IMG/VR virus record: IMGVR_UViG_3300025154_000049
Location: 94,518-158,517 of that record
DNA from: a virus
Length of the DNA: 64,000 nucleotides
Strand: one strand, 5' to 3'
Shown here: positions 28,899-36,438 of the stretch, piece by piece
Numbering within the stretch: position 1 is the stretch's first letter
Layout of the letters: every line of letters starts with the position of its first letter
Notes under the pieces: model-generated
The model's database searches: none
What the model was told of the DNA's origin: nothing
Seen by the model: only the letters and a program-made list of their open reading frames with translations
Translations under genes and position numbers: made by a program

Positions 28899-29147
28899 TT
28901 AGCGTATTAACTCTGTCATGGTTATTATTTTAGTACAGTCTTCTTCTGTTATTTCTTGTACCTGATTTACTTTTACCAATCTTTTTATTTTATCTGATAT
29001 CCTATCATAAGGAACCGACTCTGCAAGAACTGTCCAATTATTTCTTTTATAATCATACATATAGGTATAGTCATCTTCATCTACTTTATATAAGTAGTAT
29101 CCAAATTCTAAATGGAAACTATTTCTTGGTTCTTTATAATATCTCAT
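28899..29147 (-). CDS. tag protein
   Basis: ends TMTELIR. Confidence 0.75.
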   Translation of the reverse strand: MRYYKEPRNSFHLEFGYYLYKVDEDDYTYMYDYKRNNWTVLAESVPYDRISDKIKRLVKVNQVQEITEEDCTKIITMTELIR

Positions 29148-29153
29148 AATTTT

Positions 29154-29215
29154 AGTATAACAAAAATAGAGAAGGCAGTCAATACCTTCTCTTTAATAAT
29201 TAATATAATGTTACA
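29154..29215 (-). promoter_or_regulatory. terminator-fused promoter plus operator (also ends the tRNA operon)
   Basis: AGAGAAGGTA-TTGAC-TGCCTTCTCT hairpin; TTGACT-17-TATACT. Confidence 0.8.
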
Positions 29216-29273
29216 AACTTTGGAGGAAGCACAATAAGCTAATTTTAGTAAAACACAATAAGCTAATAAAAAA

Positions 29274-29347
29274 TGGAGCGGGTAGGGAGAATCGAACTCC
29301 CTTCATCAGCTTGGAAGGCTGAGGCACAACCTATATACCATACCCGC
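29274..29347 (-). tRNA. tRNA-Gly(TCC)
   Basis: Cloverleaf, loop CTTCCAA, CCA. Confidence 0.93.
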
Positions 29348-29354
29348 TTAATAA

Positions 29355-29437
29355 TACAGGTGAGAGGATTTGAACCTCCACGCTTTTTAAGGCACGAGTG
29401 TCTAAAACTCGCATGTCTACCATTCCAACACACCTGC
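29355..29437 (-). tRNA. tRNA-Leu(TAG)
   Basis: Loop TTTAGAC, long variable arm, no encoded CCA. Confidence 0.92.
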
Positions 29438-29449
29438 ATAATATATAAA

Positions 29450-29523
29450 TGGCTGAGGAGATAGGAATCGAACCCATATTCACTGAGTCAAAGTCAGGTG
29501 TCCTGCCGTTAGACGACTCCTCA
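29450..29523 (-). tRNA. tRNA-Gln(TTG)
   Basis: Loop CTTTGAC, CCA. Confidence 0.92.
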
Positions 29524-29534
29524 ATAATTAAAAA

Positions 29535-29609
29535 TGGCTCCCTCGGCAGGACTCGAACCTACAGCCATTCGATTAACAGTCGAACGCTCTACCATTGAGC
29601 TACGAGGGA
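29535..29609 (-). tRNA. tRNA-Asn(GTT)
   Basis: Loop CTGTTAA, CCA. Confidence 0.95.
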
Positions 29610-29615
29610 ATAAAA

Positions 29616-29687
29616 AGCCCTTTGTCAGATTTGAACTGACAACCTTCATCTTACAAGGATGTTGCTCTACCATTGAGCTAAAAGGGC
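29616..29687 (-). tRNA. tRNA-Thr(TGT)
   Basis: Loop CTTGTAA, no CCA. Confidence 0.92.
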
Positions 29688-29690
29688 AAG

Positions 29691-29765
29691 TGGGTGGAAG
29701 GACGGGACTCGAACCCGCTTTGCTTCGTTCACAGCGAAGGATATTACCCATATATGACCGACCAC
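29691..29765 (-). tRNA. tRNA-His(GTG)
   Basis: Loop CTGTGAA, G-1:C73, acceptor stem mismatches. Confidence 0.85.
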
Positions 29766-29766
29766 A

Positions 29767-29840
29767 TGGCGGAACTATGGGGATTTGAACCCCAGACTTC
29801 TCGCAGACAACGAGTAGTTTTACCCCTAAACTATAGTTCC
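29767..29840 (-). tRNA. tRNA-Asp(GTC)
   Basis: Loop TTGTCTG, CCA. Confidence 0.88.
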
Positions 29841-29847
29841 AAATATA

Positions 29848-29920
29848 TAGATACTGAGAGACTCGAACTCCCGACTTCCTCCGTGTAAGAGAGGCACTCT
29901 ACCGACTGAGTTAAGTATCC
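29848..29920 (-). tRNA. tRNA-Val(TAC)
   Basis: Loop CTTACAC, no CCA. Confidence 0.93.
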
Positions 29921-29921
29921 A

Positions 29922-29997
29922 TGGTCTAGGTGGAGGGACTTGAACCCCCGACTCCCTACGTCCAAGGTAGGATTTCTACCAACTGAATTACACCTAG
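29922..29997 (-). tRNA. tRNA-Pro(TGG)
   Basis: Loop CTTGGAC, CCA. Confidence 0.93.
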
Positions 29998-30008
29998 ATT
30001 ATAATTAA

Positions 30009-30082
30009 TGGTGTTTCCTAGAAGAGTCGAACTTCTGTCTAACGCTTATGAGGCGACCGCTCTGCCGTTGAGCTAAGGAAAC
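30009..30082 (-). tRNA. tRNA-Met or Ile2 (CAT)
   Basis: Loop CTCATAA, paired 1:72, CCA. Confidence 0.88.
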
Positions 30083-30083
30083 A

Positions 30084-30161
30084 TGGTAGCAGGAGTTGGA
30101 TTTGAACCAACGACCCCCAGCTTATGAGACTGGTGAGCTAACCAGACTGCTCTATCCTGCG
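30084..30161 (-). tRNA. tRNA-fMet-like (CAT)
   Basis: CGCAGGATAGAGCAG start, C1xT72 mismatch, loop CTCATAA. Confidence 0.88.
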
Positions 30162-30167
30162 ATAATA

Positions 30168-30241
30168 AGTACCTGATTGGATTTGAACCAACGACTACAG
30201 AGGTTGCAACTCTGCCCCTTAGACCACTTGGGTACAGGTAC
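30168..30241 (-). tRNA. tRNA-Cys(GCA)
   Basis: Loop TTGCAAC, U73. Confidence 0.9.
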
Positions 30242-30242
30242 A

Positions 30243-30317
30243 TGGTGGGAGTAGTAGGTACCGAGCCTACCTCTGGTGCTTTTCAGGCACCCGCTAATCC
30301 ATCTCAGCTATTCTCCC
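30243..30317 (-). tRNA. tRNA-Phe(GAA)
   Basis: Loop CTGAAAA, atypical T-loop CTCGGTA, CCA. Confidence 0.85.
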
Positions 30318-30321
30318 ATAA

Positions 30322-30395
30322 TGGTGGAGCTTGGGAGAGTCGAACTCCCGACAAATGGTTGCAAACCAATCGTTTTACCACTAAACTAAAGCCCC
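30322..30395 (-). tRNA. tRNA-Ala(TGC)
   Basis: Loop TTTGCAA, G3-U70, CCA. Confidence 0.92.
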
Positions 30396-30400
30396 ATAAT

Positions 30401-30658
30401 GGGAGGAGTTACCCTCCCCGACTTCTAGGCTACGAGAGCCATTTTACGTCCGAAGTCTAAAGACACTGTGTTGTTTCCGTTTGTTGTTTTTTGCTATTTT
30501 TAAAGAGAATGCCCTCTTACTTGCGAGTTTATCCCTACCTACCACGTCTAAACCTGGCGACCCCATGGTGGAATCGGTGGGAATCGAACCCACGTCCGCA
30601 ACAGACATCAATAAACCTTCTACAAGTTTAGTCCTATTTGTAAGAGTTAGACTTCTCA
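30401..30658 (-). ncRNA. ssrA: circularly permuted (two-piece) tmRNA
   Basis: 3' piece (...GGACGTGGGTTCGATTCCCACCGATTCCACCA, ends 30566) precedes 5' piece GGGGTCGCCAGGTTTAGACG (from 30564); G3-U70; tag ORF 30478-30425. Confidence 0.9.
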
Positions 30659-30678
30659 TTTAAGTTTTCAAGGTGCAA

Positions 30679-30709
30679 TAAAAAGAGGTTCTTTTTGTGA
30701 GAACCTCTT
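30679..30709 (-). terminator. intrinsic terminator
   Basis: AAGAGGTTCT-loop-AGAACCTCTT followed by TTT. Confidence 0.7.
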
Positions 30710-30727
30710 GAAGAATTTTTTCTTTTA

Positions 30728-30980
30728 TCGTTGGAGCCTATTAAACTCCTCCGTCAGAGGTTCTTGTTCTCATGCCTGTGCAATCCACGCTATGTCCTTC
30801 AAAATTAATTGACGGATTCGCTATGGTATAGTTTTGTTGTAGCATGAGTTCCATTTTATTTTCTTTCTGACCCGTTAAGGATATCATCTTTTCTAATTTG
30901 AGTCCTAAGTATTTGTTACTCGGTATGAACTTAGGGATAACCGAAGATAGTTTTTAGTTGCATAGCTATCATAACAACAA
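30728..30980 (-). ncRNA. candidate structured RNA upstream of tmRNA
   Basis: Nested stems GTCAGA/TCTGAC, CTCATGCT/GGCATGAG, AATCCG/TGGATT. Confidence 0.4.
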
Positions 30981-31054
30981 ATATTTGATTTTCTAATTAT
31001 AATATAAAGTAGTGTAGAAAAAACTATTATATTTTTTCTTTACCCTATGTAAAC

Positions 31055-31083
31055 ATTATACCATGAGATGAATTCTTTGTCAA
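31055..31083 (-). promoter_or_regulatory. sigma70 promoter
   Basis: TTGACA-17-TATAAT. Confidence 0.85.
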
Positions 31084-31092
31084 GTGTTTAAA

Positions 31093-31602
31093 TTAAATTT
31101 CTTTTATGGTAACTCCGAAAGATTTTAATTCTTCTATTAATTCCTTATAAGACCATTTGTATTTTTTATACAATGCTGATTTTTTATATTCTTTAGGATA
31201 TAAAATTATTTCTTTTATATAATCTTTAAAGTTTTCTATTCCTCCCTCATCATCTTTGAAGCTTATTCTTTCTTCAGACTCTTTAGCTTCTGGGTTGGGA
31301 GATATTCCTCTCTGGGTATAATAATATTCTATCGGATATATCTTATATTTTTCCGATAACTTATCTCCATCCACTACTATTGTACATTCTAGGGGAATAT
31401 TGTACACATAACCTTTTTTAAAATTTTTATTTCTCGTAAAAGAAATAGAGTAATTATGAGTGTCCATAGACCATTGAGATTTTAATTTATTATCTCTGAG
31501 AATTAAAATAAGATTATTTAACCAAGTGTAGTGATATAAAGTTCCTACCTGTTTGGCTTCGTCTAATTCTTCTGTTATCTTTTTAATTTTCTTTAAACTC
31601 AT
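31093..31602 (-). CDS. ADP-ribosyltransferase-fold-like protein with N-leader
   Basis: LYHYT...ISFTR...ESEERI (H-S-E pattern); MSLKKIKKITEE. Confidence 0.55.
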   Translation of the reverse strand: MSLKKIKKITEELDEAKQVGTLYHYTWLNNLILILRDNKLKSQWSMDTHNYSISFTRNKNFKKGYVYNIPLECTIVVDGDKLSEKYKIYPIEYYYTQRGISPNPEAKESEERISFKDDEGGIENFKDYIKEIILYPKEYKKSALYKKYKWSYKELIEELKSFGVTIKEI

Positions 31603-32072
31603 AGGACTTCCTCGGCTTGAACAGTTGCTTCTCTTCCTAAGTTATCTGTTAATTTTCTTATATTACTATTTTTCTTAAACTGTTTAGTAAATTTATTAAT
31701 TTCTTTCCAATCCGATTCTCTGTCATTATCCAGATTTTCTCTTCCGATATCGAGTCTTATATTTATACCACCGTAAGGATTAACTCTCAAAATACCGTAG
31801 TAGCCTCCTCCATATAATTCTGGTAATTCATTTTCTACTTCGTGGTGAAGGATATTAGAATCCCATACGAATAACCCAGAGTTGTTTAGTATAAATCTAA
31901 AACTGTCATACTTTCCACCCCTACCCTCTTTCCACAATTTTTGAAGCTCTGAGTAGGAAGGATTTTTAAATATCTCAACATAAGCATCTTCGTCGGTTAC
32001 TAAACGCTCTGCACTAATAGTTATACCTTTATAAAATTCTTCTGTTATCTTTTTAATTTTCTTTAAACTCAT
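31599..32072 (-). CDS. NP-module protein with N-leader
   Basis: IFKNPSYSEL..FRF..FVWD..LHH; first 38 nt identical to the 31602 gene. Confidence 0.65.
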   Translation of the reverse strand: MSLKKIKKITEEFYKGITISAERLVTDEDAYVEIFKNPSYSELQKLWKEGRGGKYDSFRFILNNSGLFVWDSNILHHEVENELPELYGGGYYGILRVNPYGGINIRLDIGRENLDNDRESDWKEINKFTKQFKKNSNIRKLTDNLGREATVQAEEVL

Positions 32073-33430
32073 AACCAAGACCCTACCACTACTTCATTTA
32101 TCCCCGCTCTTTTTAAACTCTGATACATGTGGGTTTTTAAAAATTGTTCTTTAACATACTTGGTATTTTCTTCAGTACCACTACCCCAAGGAGTCAGCAT
32201 GGGAGCATTTATGTTGTAGAATTCATTAGCAGACCCGTAATAAATATAAACACAAGGTTCTTTAACTTCCTTATAACCTGTATTAGAAGTTGAGAAAACT
32301 ATCCCAAGTAAATCTAATTTGATATCAAATTCATTTCCTAACTTAGCATGTTTAATAGCACTACTATGAATCATTTTATCCGCATCCCATAAGATATAAT
32401 CCTCGGAAGAATTCATAGAAAATCTAAGATTACCTCTTTTAGATTCTTTAATAAGCCTTGCTATTTCTGGATAAGAACTATTTTTATACACATCTACTTC
32501 TAGTTTTCTATTAACCAGACTCTGTGGATTATACCAAGTTGCAGTAGCTACGTAGTCTTCATCTACTACTTCTTCTTCCCAATCCTCATCTCCATATTCC
32601 ATATTTTTTATTTTAGTGTTATGTATAAAGAAGGATTCTCTAAATTCGTCTTCGTTAGAATCATCCTCTTCGTCTAAGAAGATAGCAGATAGATTATCCT
32701 CTTCCTTGTATATTATAATTCTAGTATAATCTCTTAACTTTAATATTTTTTCAATAAAAGGATGAACGGCTTTTGTAGCTAACCAAACATAATAATCATC
32801 CGTACTTTCTGGAGATGCTGGAATTAGTGCTCTAAGCTCTCTTCTTCCTTCAGAATCAGGTTCTGCCATCTTAAGCAATTTCATTATTTCAAAATAATTT
32901 GAATTCTTATAGACATCCATGGGAGGATGTTCTATTGAAGTAAAATAATCTTCGTTTTCTATTCTTGCTACATTTTCTTTAACATTAAATATAATATAAT
33001 TAACTATACCATCTTCCAATATTTTAGCTGAATCAAACCCCTCTATGCCTAAATTTGGAATAGTGTCTAAAAATTGTTCCGTAATTTCCCAAGAGTTTCC
33101 AGAATTTGCAATTATGGAAGGGTCTTGTATATCTATAAATTGAGATAAATATTCGTCGTCCTCTTCTCCGTATGCGTAAGGGTCTGTTATCTCTCCAACA
33201 GTATCCTTTAACATCCTAAAATGTTCAGGATTAGTTATGTCAAAAGTTCTTCCTAAGTCAACTTTGTATTTTTTAACATTTCCTTTTTTACTATATAACT
33301 TCGCAAAATCATAATTAGTGGAGAAATAATTTCCCACTCCAAACTCGTCGTCAAAATCAGAACCTCTAAATAAAAGAACAGGATTGTTCTCCATCTTTTC
33401 CACTATCTTTTTAATTTTCTTTAAACTCAT
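32069..33430 (-). CDS. polyvalent protein: ART-like domain plus two NP-modules
   Basis: LFRGS..GNYFSTNYDFAKLYS; two VYKNS..R..W..H modules; MSLKKIKKIVE. Confidence 0.6.
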   Translation of the reverse strand: MSLKKIKKIVEKMENNPVLLFRGSDFDDEFGVGNYFSTNYDFAKLYSKKGNVKKYKVDLGRTFDITNPEHFRMLKDTVGEITDPYAYGEEDDEYLSQFIDIQDPSIIANSGNSWEITEQFLDTIPNLGIEGFDSAKILEDGIVNYIIFNVKENVARIENEDYFTSIEHPPMDVYKNSNYFEIMKLLKMAEPDSEGRRELRALIPASPESTDDYYVWLATKAVHPFIEKILKLRDYTRIIIYKEEDNLSAIFLDEEDDSNEDEFRESFFIHNTKIKNMEYGDEDWEEEVVDEDYVATATWYNPQSLVNRKLEVDVYKNSSYPEIARLIKESKRGNLRFSMNSSEDYILWDADKMIHSSAIKHAKLGNEFDIKLDLLGIVFSTSNTGYKEVKEPCVYIYYGSANEFYNINAPMLTPWGSGTEENTKYVKEQFLKTHMYQSLKRAGINEVVVGSWL

Positions 33431-33451
33431 TAAATATATTTTCCAATAGTA

Positions 33452-33476
33452 ATCTATTTAAAATATAAATTAATCA
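33452..33476 (-). promoter_or_regulatory. putative late promoter
   Basis: 25 nt identical to 16182-16206. Confidence 0.6.
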
Positions 33477-33904
33477 TGTTTATATTTCTCATTTAAGTCT
33501 TTGAATAATTCTTCTCCATCTAACACAGCTTTGCCCTGAGTGAGTTCGTCCTCGGCTTCATTAAGCTTGTTAAATAAATCTTCTATACTTTCACATCTCG
33601 TGAGGTTGATTCCGTTCTCCACTTCAAACATGGCTTCCAATGTTTCAGCATTAGGTTCATGAGAACTATACTCTAAAGAGGCACTTGGATATTCTTCATC
33701 GTCATCTGTTTTAATATAATAGTTATCTATGTCTTTAGCATCTACTTCTATCTCGGAAACATAGTAGAAATCATAATCTCCATAATCATCCGTCTGAGAA
33801 TACATCTCACATAACCTATCGGCATGTTCTTTATTACTAAATGCTTCTACAGTATAATCCCCGTCCATACCCAGATTGTGCATTACAACATAAACTTTAC
33901 TCAT
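33470..33904 (-). CDS. phage protein ending in DinJ/RelB-like and Phd/YefM-like antitoxin tails
   Basis: EPNAETLEAMFE..ESIEDLFNKLN then EAEDELTQGKAVLDGEELFKDLNEKY. Confidence 0.55.
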   Translation of the reverse strand: MSKVYVVMHNLGMDGDYTVEAFSNKEHADRLCEMYSQTDDYGDYDFYYVSEIEVDAKDIDNYYIKTDDDEEYPSASLEYSSHEPNAETLEAMFEVENGINLTRCESIEDLFNKLNEAEDELTQGKAVLDGEELFKDLNEKYKHD

Positions 33905-33924
33905 TGTTCCTCCTAATTATAAAA

Positions 33925-34087
33925 ATAAGAGCTATCTTCCTCTTTCGTTATCTAGCACTTAATAAGTATATACTACCGTCGTAGCTTTCCTTACTGAGCT
34001 TGCGTAATCACTTTGGACTACGGAATCATAAACCGATTCTACGATACCCAAAGAAATAGCGGGTTTATCACTACTTGTCGCTCTTAT
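33925..34087 (-). ncRNA. candidate structured RNA
   Basis: Closed by ATAAGAGC/GCTCTTAT, internal hairpins, no ORF. Confidence 0.4.
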
Positions 34088-34294
34088 GTGTTATCTGTAT
34101 TAAAGGAGTTCCTGTCAGGACACCTAAGCCCATAAACAGTATTCCTAACCCTGCAAAGAAACCAAACAGTTCCATTATTTCTCCTTGTGATTTATTGTTA
34201 TAGTTATTCCACCATGGATGCAAAGACCAAAAGCTAAAACTATTAAAGCTAGTCCCGCAAAGGCTCCGAATAAATCCATATTGTTTCTCCTTAT

Positions 34295-34624
34295 TTAAAG
34301 AATACTTCTGTATTCTACGGGTATTCCTTGTTTCATTGCTAAGTCTATTCCGTAATTCATACCCTTAGATATACCTCTATCCGTATATACTACAGATTTA
34401 TTTGCTACTACTCTCCAAGCCAAACCCGCATCAATACCCATTTGTCTTTCTTCTGGGATATTGTCATCTAGGATGCTATCTTGAGTATATAACAAATGAC
34501 TCGCTATAGGAGATTCGCCTCTAAGTAGAGAGTCTCTAACAGCTAGTCTTGCATACTTTATATTTTCTTGTAACTCTTCTTCGGTCTTACCAGCGAAGGG
34601 GGATTCAACTATTACTAAATCCAC
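34295..34624 (-). CDS. nucleoside deoxyribosyltransferase-like (DUF4406-like) protein
   Basis: VIVESPFAG, PIASHLLYTQ, GISKGM motifs. Confidence 0.65.
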   Translation of the reverse strand: MDLVIVESPFAGKTEEELQENIKYARLAVRDSLLRGESPIASHLLYTQDSILDDNIPEERQMGIDAGLAWRVVANKSVVYTDRGISKGMNYGIDLAMKQGIPVEYRSIL

Positions 34625-34648
34625 TTAGTTTCTCCTTTATAAAAATAA

Positions 34649-34776
34649 ACTTGTCTGAGATACTGTAGGGAATTCCACCCTAATGTCCGCTACTTAAACA
34701 TCTTCTAAAAGAGACGACCAACTTGTATGGCATACTAACTACTCTTAGAATCAAACGCATGATTTCCCAGACAAGC
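34649..34776 (-). ncRNA. candidate tRNA-like structured RNA
   Basis: 12-bp closing stem; T-arm-like TAGGG-TGGAATT-CCCTA. Confidence 0.5.
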
Positions 34777-35099
34777 TAAACTTCTACCTCCTGTATATAG
34801 AATGCTAAAGTTCTGTCAGGGTGTTTCTGTTCAGAGTACTTCTGCATGTAACTAGAACATTCTATGGCTTTCTCTTTGGTATTGAATTCATCTAACTGAA
34901 TATCTTCTCCGTCTTCTCGTATCAATCTGACACGATATCTCTTATTAGATGGTTCGATTCCTGCTAACTCAGGAAGATTCTCTGCTATCATTCTCTCGGC
35001 ATCTGCCCTTAATTCTGGAGGCAGATACTCCTTAAGTTCGTTTAATTTAGTGAATAGATGTATTCTATAAGCATCACTATCTTGAGGTTCCATTGTCAT
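34776..35099 (-). CDS. hypothetical protein
   Basis: ORF track. Confidence 0.65.
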   Translation of the reverse strand: MTMEPQDSDAYRIHLFTKLNELKEYLPPELRADAERMIAENLPELAGIEPSNKRYRVRLIREDGEDIQLDEFNTKEKAIECSSYMQKYSEQKHPDRTLAFYIQEVEV

Positions 35100-35102
35100 T
35101 TA

Positions 35103-35621
35103 TTATCCCTTTACTAATTTAGTGATTCCTTTTTTATCATTTTCTTTGTTGTACCTGATTAAATCATGTACGCTTATTAAAGTAACTACGTCTTGTCTTC
35201 CACGTCTATTGTATAGTTTATACAAAGCTTGTTCAGGATAATCTACGTAAACATCGTAGTTGCATTTAGTTTCTATATACTCTCTTAAGAGTTCAGTTTT
35301 AACAAGCATGAAACCTTCTCCAGTTTCAAAAGCTATGTATTCTGATTTACCATAGACCCAACCAAAGTCTCCATTGACATTGGTTAATTCTATCCAGAGG
35401 AAATTACTTTGTACATCATAATCTTTTCTACTTATTTTCTTTTCGGCTTTAACATCGAGTGAGGTGTAGAAGGAACCTTTCTTTACATAGAAATCTATGT
35501 GGTCAAACATGTTCTCTTCTCTAGTTGCATTGGTAACTGTAAACCCTAGGTTTACAGCTAATTCCTTAAACTTAGTTTCGGCAGTTACACCAGAGACTCT
35601 TGATTGGTCTTGAACTCTCAT
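35103..35621 (-). CDS. PD-(D/E)xK-type nuclease
   Basis: AE..F, HIDF, LDVKA, WIEL. Confidence 0.6.
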   Translation of the reverse strand: MRVQDQSRVSGVTAETKFKELAVNLGFTVTNATREENMFDHIDFYVKKGSFYTSLDVKAEKKISRKDYDVQSNFLWIELTNVNGDFGWVYGKSEYIAFETGEGFMLVKTELLREYIETKCNYDVYVDYPEQALYKLYNRRGRQDVVTLISVHDLIRYNKENDKKGITKLVKG

Positions 35622-35694
35622 GTCTATCTCCTACTTTACTTATACATATAATTATAATAGCATAAGACAGAAAAGAATTCAAGTGTATGTTAAG

Positions 35695-36438
35695 TTATAT
35701 TAAACTAAGTCCATAATTAATCATAGATAACTTAGCGTTAGCATAAGCTGTAGAGTATTGTTGATTAGCTAACGGATAACCTCCGTTAGTTTGTATAGAG
35801 TTAGAATAAGCTTGCCACGCTTGAGAAGTAGCACAAGCATTATAAGCTTCTACTGCATAATCAAATCCATTGTTGTCTGTAGCATACCCGTGAGTTATTA
35901 CAGGATAAGCATTACTATAACAAATATTAGAAGCATTCTCAGCACAGTACGCAGAGTTAATGGAAGTATTAGAGTTAGCCTCAGCTAAAATAGTATTATA
36001 TATTTTAACTTGGTCGTCTGCGAAATTTAATACTGAGTGTGGATTTATATCTTCATTAATAACTGCCTTAGCTACATCCGCTGCCATGTTAGAACCTGTT
36101 GACTTAGTAGCACAAATAGAAGCGTTCTCTGGAGTTGGGTTATTCAGATAAGCTATAGCAGAAGCTAGAGCTTCAGAAGGTCTCCCGTCATTAGGATAAG
36201 CACTGGTGAAATTATTTATACACTGTTGAGATGCAAAGATTCCATATTGTATCTTCTGACTATGAGTAAGTTGTCTTAATACTAAAAAGTTAGCCCAATC
36301 GTATTGATGTTCGGATAATAGTTCAGTTATAAGTGTTGAAGAATCTATCTGGGTTTGTACTCCAAAATAAGTTACAGCCCATGTATAAAATTCTTTGGAA
36401 GCCTCATTATCTTTAAGCCATTGTAATGTTATTTGCAT
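35695..36438 (-). CDS. Imm5-like helical domain protein
   Basis: YPNDGRPSEALASAIAYL. Confidence 0.5.
   Translation of the reverse strand: MQITLQWLKDNEASKEFYTWAVTYFGVQTQIDSSTLITELLSEHQYDWANFLVLRQLTHSQKIQYGIFASQQCINNFTSAYPNDGRPSEALASAIAYLNNPTPENASICATKSTGSNMAADVAKAVINEDINPHSVLNFADDQVKIYNTILAEANSNTSINSAYCAENASNICYSNAYPVITHGYATDNNGFDYAVEAYNACATSQAWQAYSNSIQTNGGYPLANQQYSTAYANAKLSMINYGLSLI

Noticed and set aside
29230-29267. 14-nt direct repeat CACAATAAGCTAAT after the tRNA array
   Set aside because: Real, but likely a local duplication; no function supportable.
29273-30663. ORFs across the tRNA/tmRNA locus, including 29521-29751 and 30444-30659
   Set aside because: They are translations of RNA genes; the tmRNA tag is in another frame (30478-30425).
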